DNA of 62,915 nt, the filler included, from Octopus bimaculoides (taxonomy: Eukaryota), in the NCBI RefSeq assembly GCF_001194135.2. It is 8 parts of 7 records of this genome, joined end to end, with 100 filler letters (N's around TTAATTAATTAA, not from the genome) between each part and the next. Parts side by side here need not be neighbours in the genome. Positions count along the whole stretch, not along the records: positions 32,267 to 46,312 come from NC_068986.1; positions 46,413 to 53,787 come from NC_068985.1; 6 more parts are not named here. The stretch is one strand, 5' to 3'. The position numbers and the translations under genes were made by a program. This document shows, in pieces, positions 38,400 to 51,740 of this stretch; position 1 is the stretch's first letter, and each line of letters starts with the position of its first letter. Below the pieces are notes generated by a model. It was not told the origin of the DNA. It did not search any database and saw only the letters and a program-made list of their open reading frames with translations.

Positions 38400-39930
38400 A
38401 CTCACTTTGAGTATATCACATTTTGCATCAAATGAGAAGCAGACTGACCATAACATTCGAGGAAATATTAATGCCAAATGCGGTAGAAGCAATAGATTTG
38501 GGTAGGAGTTTAGGTATGTCCGATAAATTATAATGAAAATGTAGAATGGATCAAAACGTTAAAACAATTAGACAATAAAGAGAAACAAGAAACAATCTTT
38601 ATAACTGGAGGCAATGTAAAGATACTACCAAACTAGAAATCCCCAGGGACAAATGAGATAGAATATTTGAATATCTGAAATCCTTATACGGTTAAATCTA
38701 TAACGAATGTGTATTACAAGGAAGTTTACTAGAGTGGATGGTTGAGCCGCAAACAACTTTGATAAAGAAAATTCAACGAGGGAAAAAGCATAGAAAATAA
38801 TCGATCAGCCGCATGCCTCAATTTGTTGTGCAAGTTACTAACAAGCATTCTTTACTTGAGAAAACATACATTCATTTGACGCTGAAAAATATTACTATCT
38901 ATTGAATAGTAGTGCAGGAAACATTGAAAAGCACTAAAGATCACTTCATCATTGATAACAAATGACTGAAAGGAATGATACACTTATTTGTAGATATTAC
39001 AGTGGATCAACTTCAAAATGGTCTACAAAATGGTGCTCTATTCTTGGATTGTGGTGTCAATCAGAATGTTTGGCATAACTGAAAATCTCTTCATCTTCAG
39101 TGTTAATATAACGCACGGGAAAGCGAACTTGGGAGTAGACATGGAATCACTGGGAAGCATAGTCGTTAAAAGAGGTATTTTCAGTTTCTTTTTCCTTATC
39201 CTCTTTGTTATTTGTTATCCCACCAAAACCTATCTCAATGTCATTTAGAAAGATCAATACAGGCTATAAAGTAGGAAGAAATGCACCTTTTTTAAACCAT
39301 GAGTTTATCATGAATGACTTTAAAATATTTGCTAAGTATGGAGAAAAGATCAATTCACTTGTTTATCCAGTAAATGTGTGTTGCTCTGGTATCAGGACGA
39401 AGTTTGGTATATCAAAATGTACGACTTTAGCCATGAAAGGAAGAGAGTTCATTTTAATGAAATAAACTTATCGGAAGCTCGAATTTAAAAAAAAACAAAA
39501 AACTCCAGAAATCATGTCAGAGAGGAGCTGAGACGGTCATATATATTGAAAAATTCTATATCAGACTATTGTTACTTCACGTTAGAGGAGTTCGCAGTGT
39601 TCAGAATTTACAAACCGTTGATGAGGTACTGTACAATATCTGCTAAAAGCTGTAGAGAGAATAAATAGTAAAGTAATAAAGAAACCAAAGCTAGGAAATC
39701 TTAGCAATCCTATAGAACTCTGTCGTATGCTGGAGGATCAAATGATAGAAGACTACCTCAAAGACAATTTAAAATTTATTGTCCGTGCATGTATTAAGTT
39801 GTCATTGGCTTGGTATTCTTTTACCAGAGTTTGCAGATTTGCTGCCACAGATGATGAAATGAATTATCTAGTTGAGATTTTAAATACAACGACTTTGTCG
39901 TGGATACTGCATATGTGTTGGAACTAAAAG
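38400..39930 (+). mobile_element. Heavily decayed R4/Dong RT region
   Basis: Remnant motifs YKMVLYSWI..IRMFGITEN, VKRGIF, LNHEFIMNDFKIFAK (degenerate YMDDLK) and KFGISKC. Confidence 0.7.
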
Positions 39931-40825
39931 TTGGTATAATCTATTAATCACTCAATAACCTATAATTTATTAACCACACAACCTCGAGAAGCAGACTGCA
40001 TAATATAACACGACTTATCTTCATGGATAAATGCTGACTGGTAATAAGAAATAAAATGAGATATTTGGTACTCAGTGATATCACTTTCCATCAATTTTCA
40101 CGTCACAAATGTAGATTTTTCCCTTTTAGTATAAAAGATTTGTCATATAGTTCTCATTTAGAATCGGATCTACGGAGTATCCGAGACTTTAAAGAAAGGA
40201 ACATTTTATATTAAAGTCGGAACCGGTTCGAATCTCATTGGTCGTGCTGTCTTGAGCTCTTTCAATCATGTTACTACTTATCACATAAAATATCACGTCG
40301 GGCGCTAGATTTTACCCCACTCTTTTCATCACGTTTTGTGAAGGGAATACACTTTTGTGTATTGAAAAATCATGTATGTCAGTGTGAGTTCTGATCGTCC
40401 ACATGTTAACAATGGGGCTTACTTCTTTACTCTTTTCACTATAAATGATTCACCACAGAAACGCGCGCGCGCGTGCACACATACAAACGCGTGAGCGGAC
40501 AAAAGAAAGAAAAAAAGGCACTCAATACATTTAGTAGGAGTTACATGCATTATTATTTTCAACAGCTTGATTCGGCTCTTTCAGGCGTAGATTACCGACT
40601 GGAGAAACACAAGAAGTCCAAGACAGCAACCGGAAAATAGGCTGCTATTAGTCGAGGTGGGTCACATGGTGTTGTCAGGGTAAGGTTGGTTGTTCAGTGA
40701 ACAGCAGTTTCTTTAGAAAGGGGAGTTTTTTGGACCGCAGGGTTGGACAGTAAGCTGGTGGCATCTGCTAAGTAACTGGGCGCGGCAGAAGACGAGTGTG
40801 TGAGTGTATGTGTGTGTGTGGGGGA

Positions 40826-40856
<31 letters not shown>

Positions 40857-41039
40857 CGTGCGAGGGCATGTGGATGCGTGTGTACTAGTGCTTGCTACAT
40901 ACGCGTGCAAGCGCGGACGCAATTAGGATACAAGCATGGATGTCAGTACGTAAGCAAGTACATTCTTGCATTTGTGTGTGAATGTATGGGTGCGTGTGTG
41001 TGTATATATGTCTGGAAGAGATGTGCAGATGCATGTGTG

Positions 41040-41093
<54 letters not shown>

Positions 41094-41802
41094 CGTATAT
41101 ATGCTTTTGTTACACAATTATATTATATTATATTCATGATCAAAGTGTATCCAAATACCAAAATATTTAGCATTGAGCTGTATTTGGTATGTTCAGATTA
41201 TTCTGTTGAAATTTTCAGTGTTAATGGTGGTTTAACTGAAGGTTTCAGCTCCTCTTTCTAGCAGGTAGGCGCCCTGTGTGTCCTTATGATAAATATAAAT
41301 TTAAGATTTTAATTCTGTAGTTATCTAATGCTATTTAAGGCCTGTAACCACCTATATTATTGTTGTTATTATCAACTATTTACATTTACCACAGATAATA
41401 ATAACAATGATAATATCTATATGAATATTCACCTTTGAATATCTACTCTTATTAGTATATTTACACTGAAGCTGTTCTGATTTGGTGTAAGAGAATTCAG
41501 AATGCCGGCAGACTTCAACGTGCTGAGTTAAAAAAATTTTTCAGTTGGCAAAACTTGCTGATGAAGGTTGAGGTTTTCGTATTTCGATTCAAATGTATCG
41601 AAATGCCAAAATATTTAGCATTGAGCTGTATTTGGTATGTTAAAATTATTTGACCCGTTCGGCTGCTTACGGTTGTTTTCCTGTTGAAATTTCCAGTATT
41701 ATTGGTGGTTTAAATGAGGGTTTCAGCTCCCCTTTCAAGCAGGTAGGCGCCTTGTGTACCCTTATGATATATATATACAAACATCACACACACATACACA
41801 CA

Positions 41803-41846
<44 letters not shown>

Positions 41847-43981
41847 NNNNNNNNNNNNNNNNNNNNNNNNNNNNNNNNNNNNNNNNNNNNNNNNNNNNNN
41901 NNNNNNNNNNNNNNNNNNNNNNNNNNNNNNNNNNNNNNNNNNNNNNNNNNNNNNNNNNNNNNNNNNNNNNNNNNNNNNNNNNNNNNNNNNNNNNNNNNNN
42001 NNNNNNNNNNNNNNNNNNNNNNNNNNNNNNNNNNNNNNNNNNNNNNNNNNNNNNNNNNNNNNNNNNNNNNNNNNNNNNNNNNNNNNNNNNNNNNNNNNNN
42101 NNNNNNNNNNNNNNNNNNNNNNNNNNNNNNNNNNNNNNNNNNNNNNNNNNNNNNNNNNNNNNNNNNNNNNNNNNNNNNNNNNNNNNNNNNNNNNNNNNNN
42201 NNNNNNNNNNNNNNNNNNNNNNNNNNNNNNNNNNNNNNNNNNNNNNNNNNNNNNNNNNNNNNNNNNNNNNNNNNNNNNNNNNNNNNNNNNNNNNNNNNNN
42301 NNNNNNNNNNNNNNNNNNNNNNNNNNNNNNNNNNNNNNNNNNNNNNNNNNNNNNNNNNNNNNNNNNNNNNNNNNNNNNNNNNNNNNNNNNNNNNNNNNNN
42401 NNNNNNNNNNNNNNNNNNNNNNNNNNNNNNNNNNNNNNNNNNNNNNNNNNNNNNNNNNNNNNNNNNNNNNNNNNNNNNNNNNNNNNNNNNNNNNNNNNNN
42501 NNNNNNNNNNNNNNNNNNNNNNNNNNNNNNNNNNNNNNNGTGTTCTATGTATTAATTACAAATAGAGTGTGGTGTGTGTCAGCTTTTCCTACTTGCGAGA
42601 AGCAGTAGGTGGTAGTAATTTCAAACTAATGACTCTGGGACTGGAAGGCCGAATTTCTTTAGATATCAATCTAGACGCTTTCCTTGTAAAATCACGCTCA
42701 TTAATGTTAGCGGGTGGCTGGAATGACATATTAAACGTACCCCTGAAATTGTGTTGAAATAACCGATAAGAAAGAAGAATCTAAAAGTCTTGCAAACTTG
42801 CTCAGACAGCTCTTGTTGGATTTTCCGAATATATCAATGTGGACCTGATCAAATCGCGGTGTGCCATACTTATCGCACAAAGTTTTCATTAGAGAAAATA
42901 TAAAGGATAGTGTAAATTGTGGAATTGTGGAATAGAACTTCATTTCCTCACATATGTTCCATTAAAGTTATTTATATATAAATCCTGTCGGCTATTTTGC
43001 ATTTTTGACGCGCTACTTTGGAGTACCCAGATCATAAGCCAACCAGATACGTGACATTCCAACTTGATGCATTGCTTGGTGTTATCTAGTTAGAAGACAC
43101 TGGTCCTCAACCGGAATAATCGAGCCTTTAATCTCCATCTTTCAACTGAGATCTTTGGCATTAAATGGGGTTTTATCGTTTGTCGCAACTTAATATATTT
43201 AATCTTTTCAGGACTATCCGTGGAGTGGTATCAACTTATTTTCTCAATTATTCTCTGTTCTAATTCATAAAACAAACGTAAGATTTCTAGTACATACGAG
43301 ACCAGAAGTATACACAATTCTTGAAATGTTTCCAATGTAGGGAATTATAGCTGTAATCTTAAAGAATGCATCGGAGACTTCGTAGACAAAATATTCTAAA
43401 TCACGAATTTCCAACCAAAGTTAAATAGCAAAGCAGATGGCTGTGAAATCCTTTTTCCTTCTTTGCACGTTTGAAACAAGTATATACATGTTTAAGAACA
43501 GATATTACGTCATCATTTGATGATTGGTTATCACTAATTGTAACTACTGCAGTTAAGAAGTAGTCAGCGTTGAAGTAGGGATACATGCCGAAGAGTATTA
43601 AGCTATTAAGTTAAAATACAGTCATCATTAGCGAGACCAAGATTTCAGACACACAGTCACTTGTAACCTTGTTTACGTCATATTTGCTCAACTCTGATCA
43701 TGTGGTGTGGTAGTGTTGTTTCTCGAAGGCTTGTATCAACAAGTAAGTACGATAACCTTTGACTTAGGGAATCCATAAAAGTGATGGAAGTTTCAAACTG
43801 GTGGCTATTAATGTTGGGAAAAAGTAGAACGGGCCTATTTCTTTAGCTGACAGATATTGCCTGGATTTTCCGAACACTCCAATGGGAACCTGCTCAAATC
43901 GCAACAGGCTATGCATATCGTGCAAAGAATTTTCGTCACATTAATCGATAAGATTAGGATAAATTGTCGACAATTGCGTGC

Positions 43982-44049
<68 letters not shown>

Positions 44050-44338
44050 GTATGCATGTGCGTGCGTGTGAGTATGTGTATGTACGTGAGTTTAGAATCT
44101 TCACAGACAAAGCAGTAGCAAATAGAATAGAAATATATTAAATCAAATGACGGCTAACCTTTCCTAAGTCTCTCCCCCAAATTTCATGAGGCTGTCACAA
44201 TTTCCACGGCGGCGAATAAGACAATTATGCCAGACTTGGAGTGGTGATTAAATGAAACACCAATATCTAATAAATGAATGAATTTGTGTGAATGTGTAGA
44301 AATGTGAGGCAGAACTTTAGGTAATATCAAGAAGCAGT

Positions 44339-44557
44339 AAGGCGATGAGCTAGCAGAATCGTTGGCACGCAGGGCGAAATGCTTAGCAGCTCTTTGTCTG
44401 TCTTACGTTCTGGGTTCAAATGCCGCCGTGGTCGACTTTACCTTTCATCCTTTCGGGGTCGGTAAAATAAGTGCCGGTTGAGTACTGGGGTCGATGAAAC
44501 CAACTTAACCCCTTCCCCGAAACTACTGGCCTTGTGCTAAAATTTGAAACCAATATA
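44339..44557 (+). mobile_element. Family-B SINE with 10-bp TSD
   Basis: Full head to tail; aagaagcagt at 44329-44338 and 44558-44567. Confidence 0.9.
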
Positions 44558-44727
44558 AAGAAGCAGTCTTCTTTGCACGTTTGAAACAAGAATATACATG
44601 TTTAAGAACAGATATTACGTCATTTGATGCATGGTTATCACTAATTGCAACTACTGCATAATACATTATTGACATTTATTTTATTGATGCCACAGAGATT
44701 AAAAAGCATCGAACATCAAATTTTTAT

Positions 44728-44795
44728 TTAACATTGTTTCAGATGATCCATGTTGTATTTCTGCCAGCCTGCGTAAACATGCTCCAGCATACAAA
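44728..44795 (-). CDS. Candidate terminal coding exon, paralog B (xCMLEHVYAGWQKYNMDHLKQC*)
   Basis: Minus-strand acceptor ttatttattttgcag, phase 1, TAA at 44730-44728, AATAAA at 44685-44680; phase-compatible with the 52330-52968 exon. Confidence 0.5.
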
Positions 44796-45574
44796 CTGCA
44801 AAATAAATAATAAACAATAATTGAAAATGCAATTTTTATTTAATTTACTTATCGAAGAAAGGAATATGGTCGTAATTTTTTTAAAATCTCGTGAGTTTTA
44901 TAGGAACATGAGAAATAAACGTTGGAAATCATGGTCAAGTTCTGTACGAGGGAATTTGATAATAGATAAGACAAATGTAGCGACAGGTCACTGAAGCAGT
45001 TGTGTGGAAATCTGATTTGCTATATGACTCAGCAGATACTGCCTTAACTCTTGGAAACGCTTAGTTTTAGAGTGTTGGCAGCTGATGAAGGAAATGTTCT
45101 CTGTGGCCTGTGTGTTTTCTGTACTCTGTTTATCATTTTGTCCACGTTGTTTTGCAACGTCCTGTACCCAGATATGCATCTATATATACATGTAGATGTA
45201 GGTATGTACATACATGTACGTATATATGCATATACTCATATATTATTTGTATCAGCAGATAGTAACTACGGCTCTTTGATTCAGACAATCAGAGATATTT
45301 GAACCAATTGTTTGGAGATACGTTCACGCAGGGAGACAAATAACCGAAGATATTTCCAAATGATATTATAGATTGAGATACAGATAGAATGCACAGACAT
45401 GATGTACATAGATATATCAAGAAATCAGTTTGTAAATCAAAGAGAACAGAGAGGGATTCTCCATATATGTATTGTATTCATAAGCTATTTATTTAGGGAC
45501 AGTTTAAAGAGTATACATTCGATAAACTCATTCACAGCTTTAACAAATCTTACAAATAAATATTTTGCTATAGA

Positions 45575-45772
45575 TACTCTTTTACTCTTTTACTTGTTTC
45601 AGTCAATTGACTGCGGCCATGCTGGAGCACCGCCTTTAGTCGAGCAAATCGACCCCAGGACTTATTCTTTGTAAGCCTAGTACTTATTCTATCGGTCTTT
45701 TTTTGCCGAACCGCTAAGTTACGGGGACGTAAAGATACCAGCATCGGTTGTCAAGCGATGGTAGGGAGGCAA

Positions 45773-45805
<33 letters not shown>

Positions 45806-45977
45806 CATATATACGACGGGCTTCTTTCAGTTTCCGTCTAGCAAATCCACTCACAAGGCTTTGGTCGGCCCGAGGCTATAGTGGAAGACACTTGCCCAAG
45901 GTACCACGCAGTGGGACTGAACCCGGAACCATGTGGTTCGTAAGTAAGCTACTTACCACACAGCCACTCCTACGCCT
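45575..45977 (-). mobile_element. Family-A SINE, full length
   Basis: Near-consensus reverse copy. Confidence 0.9.
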
Positions 45978-46268
45978 GATAAATTTAAATAGAATACGTA
46001 TTTCTCGGGAATAAGCAGAGAAAGAGCACACAAGAAGGCGGAAAGTGACGCTGAGGAGGTCACAAATGTGTGACGCAAGACATGAGTTAGAAGAAGAACA
46101 GTAATAAACGAGCATAAATACGATTTGTATATAAATTTACAAATATAAATATAAATCATATATCTTAAGATGAAATGTATATTGTAGTATCTAAATTAAT
46201 ATATAAATTATAATGTTTATTGAATGTATCAATCTATCACCACACATGCATATGTGTATGTGTGTGTG

Positions 46269-46312
<44 letters not shown>

Positions 46313-46439
46313 NNNNNNNNNNNNNNNNNNNNNNNNNNNNNNNNNNNNNNNNNNNNTTAATTAATTAANNNNNNNNNNNNNNNNNNNNNNNNNNNNNNNN
46401 NNNNNNNNNNNNCACACACACACACACACACACGCACAA

Positions 46440-46481
<42 letters not shown>

Positions 46482-46494
46482 GCACGCACGTACG

Positions 46495-46529
<35 letters not shown>

Positions 46530-46604
46530 GCGAACGCGCGCTCATACACACATACTCACAAGTATGTATACATACGTATACAGACCGATATATCTATGCA
46601 TAAA

Positions 46605-47508
46605 TATTGGATCATCCCATAAATAACGCAGTTTTCTCAATTGCATGAACTAAAAGTCGGAGTGGGGCGGAATAAACTACCTGCATCTACTTGCTATAAA
46701 AGCAAGTAATAATTTTACTTTGTCCTTATTCTTAGTGCAAGCTTTGAAGAGTGCAGTTTGATTTTAACAGTTATATTTTCAAAGCTATAATGGAAGTGAC
46801 AAAGGAGCATATTCGGCATATTTTACTTTATGAGTTCAATAAAGGCAACAAAGCAATGGAAGGTGTAAGGAATATCAATGCAGTATATGGGTATGGAACA
46901 ATAAGTGTAAGCCAGTGTCAACGGTGGTTCTAGAAATTCGAGTACTGAAGACAGTGGGCAGGGAAAAGAGAAACACTGGCACCTCAGACTAATGAAGGTC
47001 TTCACCCACGTAAGTGTTGTTATCTGTTTGGTGGGATATGAAAGGCTTAGCCCACTTTGAACTTTTAAACCAAAACCAAACGATAACAAAGGCGATCTAA
47101 TGCGATAGCTTGAACGGCTTATGTCACGCTAGAAGAAAAATGACCATCTTTGGTTTCATGACGAAATCAAAAGTATAATGCTTCCTTCAGAATAATGCTC
47201 GGCCACATATAGCGAGGATGGAGACTGGAGCAGTTTGAATTGGAAACGATGCCCCACCCATGATTTTCACCGGACATTGCTCCATCTGATTATCATTTAT
47301 TCCACAGTCTTCAAAATAATTTGGATGGAAAAAAATATGAATTCTGTAGACGAGGTCAGAACAGTACTGGAGGAGTATTTTTCGTCATGGAAAAGCATTG
47401 TAGAAAAAGAAGGAAAGTATATTTTAGATTAAAAAAGATCTTTGTTTATCTTAATTTTGAAAAATAAAAGTATAAAAAACCACATTATTTATGAGATGAC
47501 CCAATATA
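46605..47508 (+). mobile_element. Internally deleted mariner transposon
   Basis: TIRs tattggatcatcccataaataa / ttatttatgagatgacccaatata; HTH region MEVTKEHIRHILLYEFNKG...VSQCQRWF; catalytic remnants WWDMKG and FSPDIAPSDYHLFHSLQNNLDGK; stops and frameshifts present. Confidence 0.9.
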
Positions 47509-47579
47509 ACTGTGTGTGTACCTATAGAACAAGAAGAGGAAGTAGTAGCAGTAGTTTTGGCAGAAGTAGCAGCAGAGCA

Positions 47580-47810
47580 GCAACTTACAGTCTATGCATC
47601 CAGTAAATTAAGACAATTCCCCACAACAATTCTGGTACCTTATTAGATTCAAGTATATCCACAGGCATGATAAGCTGCTATGTCAACTTGTCACTACACT
47701 GACATATCGCAGTGACAACAGATAAGAAGAGGTTATAAACATGTACTAAGCTCGGTACATGACAACGACTTAGTCACAGTTATTTGAGACATGACTATTC
47801 AGACTTTCAC
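47580..47810 (+). mobile_element. Decayed R4/Dong C-terminal fragment
   Basis: Remnants YIHRHDK and DNDLVTVI*DMTIQT resemble the RHD and ILWD..IQTD motifs. Confidence 0.45.
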
Positions 47811-49143
47811 ACTAGCGAAAAGGTCAAGGCAGTCCACAGCTGTTCTCATGTCTCCAAACAATCAGATGATTGTCTTTTTCTTAACGGTATGTCACTTTTG
47901 GAGGAATCTTGATTCTCGGCATTATCTCGCTTTCTCATTTCGAGTTAGTGCTAACTATTACAAATCGATTGGTCTGTGTTCTTTGGAAGCAGAAATAATT
48001 TCAATAAATAGAGAATTTATCTTGTATGACATTTAGTATACCGCTATTTGACTTTGATTTGAAACATGTGCTACTGGTAACTCTAATTGAATTCTCTTTG
48101 TTCATTTTCGATTCATTTATGTAAATTATCTTGGCGATACATGTATTATATTCTTTTTGTATATGTCTGTTACATCTGATGAAGATAAGGTTGGAGAAAT
48201 GCTGCGCTGATGACACCGATTGAGGCAGAAACACATGTACACTGCTGTCCTCGTAATTTTAGACAATCCACTTGTCTTTTCTTTAACAGCAAGTCAGTTC
48301 TAGAGAAATTCTTGATTTTTTTAGGTCATCTCACTTTATTTGGCATTAATACCAAGCTCCACAAAGTGATTTCTTTATTTTCTCAGTAAACGCAGATAAT
48401 TTCAATAAATCATGAAATTCTTGTATGGTATTTAATATCCCCTTATTCGTCTTTATAATTATTTGTACTCTAATAAACATCTTTATCCTTTCTGATTAAG
48501 ACATTAGGTGGGGAAAGAGATCGAGAAAGTGCTAAGGTTTAAGTATCTTGAAACTAGCAGTAAAAACAATGAAAAGAAGGAAGCAGTATGCCGGTGATGA
48601 AAGTAAAATTAGAACCGATAATATCTGAAGCAGTTGGGTATCATAAAGAAGACCACTGACAAGTACATAAAACGCATACAATGGCACAGCTAATATATTA
48701 TGGGGGAAAACACTTTCAGTTCAGTGGCACAACTCACACAATACGCTCTTTGCACAACCCACACAATACCTCCAATAACATAATCCAGTTCACACAACAC
48801 ATGCTCAATACATTCATTACGGAATAGTGCAACACAACGCACAAAACATATGTCCTATACAACCGTCTCCTTAAAATATAACCTAATCCACAGAGTGCAT
48901 ACTCCACGCAGTCCCCTACCAGTAAATGTAAAATAATTCATACATAATATATCTTGCAGTCACCACTTGATACAAAATCAAGTCAACACCAATTGCGAAA
49001 CACGATCATCACGCAACACACAATGGCAACTCACGTTGCCTATGCTCAATGACAAAGATAGACGAAACACTAAAATTAGACAGAAAACGACAAAAGAAAC
49101 AGAAACAACCAAGAAATACAGATGTAGCATAGAAATATAGTTC

Positions 49144-49214
<71 letters not shown>

Positions 49215-49222
49215 TAATAATA

Positions 49223-49720
49223 ATCCTTGTCCCTACAGAATATAAAACCAGGCATGATGGAGTTGGCCAGTACTTGCACTGGAGCGTATGCCGTCACTAT
49301 AATATTCCGCACCCTAAAAACTGGTATGAATACCATCTAGAGCCAGTCACTGAGGGAGAAAGTGTTACCATCCTTTGGGATTATGAGATACAAACAGACA
49401 GGCAAATAAGTGCTAACCGACCAGACATCGTCATCAAAGACATAAGACAAAAAACATGGCTGTTAATTGATATGATAGTGCCTACTGATAGAAACATCTC
49501 AGCAAAAGAATTTGAAAAACCGTTGAAATATAAGGAGCTTGAGATTGGGATATCTAGGATGTGTCAATTAAAAACCAAAACCATCGCTGTTGTTGTAGGT
49601 GCCCTAGGAATGATTAAAAGGGGCCGAGAGAAATTTTTTGACCAGATTTCCTGGGAAATCAACAATCTATGAGACTCAAAAAAGTTTGTAGACATCAACC
49701 GTCCACTTTCTCTAGAAGTT
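49223..49720 (+). mobile_element. R4/Dong 3' fragment: restriction-like endonuclease domain
   Basis: YKTRHDGVGQYLHW...ILWDYEIQTD...NRPDIVIKD...LIDMIVP...KYKEL...VVVGALG (PD-D type RLE); directly preceded by (taa)n. Confidence 0.9.
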
Positions 49721-49824
49721 TCTTTCCATCTAATATATACGTGCCTAAGGTCTCTGGTTGAGACCCGAGCAGAAGATAAAATAAAATGCAAATCAATCGG
49801 AAATTAATAATAATAATAATAATG

Positions 49825-49879
<55 letters not shown>

Positions 49880-49904
49880 TAATAACGAGGAGGAGGAGGA
49901 GGAG

Positions 49905-50335
49905 GTTATGTGAAACGTACGGCCTCGACAGAGCACAGAAATGGTACGAATATGAATCAGAAGGAGTCAACAAAAACTAGGAATATAAGATGCTGTGAGA
50001 TTTTACAAGCCAATGTAACTTCCTAATCGATGCTCGGAGACCAGATATTGTTGTGGTAGATAAAGGAAACTAAGATTATAGATATTGCAATACCTGGAGA
50101 TGCACGCATAAGTGACGAAGGAGTAGAACAGATTGAAAAGTACAGACTATTAAAAGACAAAATTACAAGAATGTGGACTATGAGGAGAGTAGTTGTAGGG
50201 GCACTCAGAGCACTAACAACCAGTTTCGAGAAATATGTCAGAGAAATCGGAATTGACATGAAAAGCAGAGCAACCCACTAAAACTGCTCTGCTGGGGACA
50301 GCTAGGAATTTGAGATTGGTACTTGGATGTTGAAT
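49905..50335 (+). mobile_element. Second, distinct R4/Dong RLE fragment
   Basis: KWYEYE...RRPDIVVVDK...IIDIAIPGD...EKYRLL...VVVGAL; preceded by (taa)n(gga)n. Confidence 0.8.
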
Positions 50336-50554
50336 GTCTTCTACGAAAATTAACAACGAAATATCAAAGCTTATAATTTGCGGAAAGAGGCCTCTGACAA
50401 AAAGCTGCTGTCCACTCTGACAGAATCAACCGGAGCAAACAAGACCGAGTGGTCTGAGAAGTAAAACAACAACAACAACAATAATAATAATGATGATGAT
50501 GATGATGATGATGATAATAATAATAATAATAATAAAAATAATAATAATAATAAC

Positions 50555-50588
<34 letters not shown>

Positions 50589-50611
50589 GAAATAGTAATA
50601 ATGATAATAGC

Positions 50612-50755
50612 CGACTGGTACTTATTTTATCGACCCCGAAAGGATGAAAGGCAAAGCCAACCTTGGCAGAATTTGAATTCAGAACGTAAAAACGGTCTAA
50701 ATGCTGCTAAGCATTTTATTCGGCGTGCTAATGATTCTGCCAGCTCGCTGCCTTT
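50612..50755 (-). mobile_element. Family-B SINE (5' part)
   Basis: Consensus block adjoining (taa)n. Confidence 0.8.
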
Positions 50756-51740
50756 ATAATATGAATAATTGTATAGGAAATTACAAATGAAATACTTTTA
50801 GATTGATTTGTTACATAAGTAATTGGATAATTAAGTAAATACTAGTTGAGTGCTTTATTATTATTGTCGTTGGTTAGAGCATTCGTTTTTGTAATGTAGA
50901 TTGAGATCACAGCACTCTCTGCCATGGAAAGGACACCTGCCCTTTGCAGGATTAACTTTATAGTTCTTGTAAGAACTCGTTTAAAGGTGACTGGATTGGA
51001 GCAACGGAAAATGAAGTGTTTAGCTCAGAAGTACAACGCTCCGCCAAGTCTGGGAATCGAAACCACGGCTTTATGATCGTGAGAGCTAGACTCATAACCA
51101 CTAAGCCATGCACCTTCACAATATACCATGAAATCAATTTATTACAAAAATTAAACCGAAAATCATAAACGCATAGCTATAATCACATGTGTGGCTATGT
51201 GTGTGACTTGTTTTGTGCGTGCGGGAATGTTTTGTTACAGTGTGAGTAGATGTGTGTGTGTGTGTGTGTGTGTGTGCGTGCGTGTGGAGAATAAGAAAAG
51301 AATGAGATTAAAAGTGAAGAGCATTATTTACAAACGAATCATTTCGTACACACTATCGCTTTCGTTCACTACGTCTAATACCATAATCCCCTTCACATTT
51401 ACATGTGTTTCGATAATCAAAGAAGCAAATATTTACTAACAAATATAATAATTTCAAATAAACTGTTTTTGACGGCCTGAGTTTGAAGTAGATAACCTAA
51501 ATATTCTGTGAACATGATAGCCGTTTAACCGTTATACCAAAGCAACTTTTCGAATTGTACCCGTTTATTTGGGAAGCATTGTTCTTACTAGCGAGGATTG
51601 TATATTGTCTTCATAATGACGATTTAGAATTACGTGAGATATGAAATAAATCGCTATTTTAACGAGGGATATAAATAAATAGCTACAAATGATAGAGTGT
51701 AGAATACTGGCTATCATTTCCTTGCATGGAAAAAGACAAA

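Noticed and set aside
43212-43277. 66-bp plus-strand segment with good AG and GT sites
   Set aside because: Only one open frame, no partner exons or homology; expected by chance in AT-rich DNA.
43401-43586. ORF MYPYFNADYFLTAVV... as an exon
   Set aside because: Its core is a copy of sequence downstream of the candidate stop and polyA signal of paralog B, so it is probably UTR or flank.
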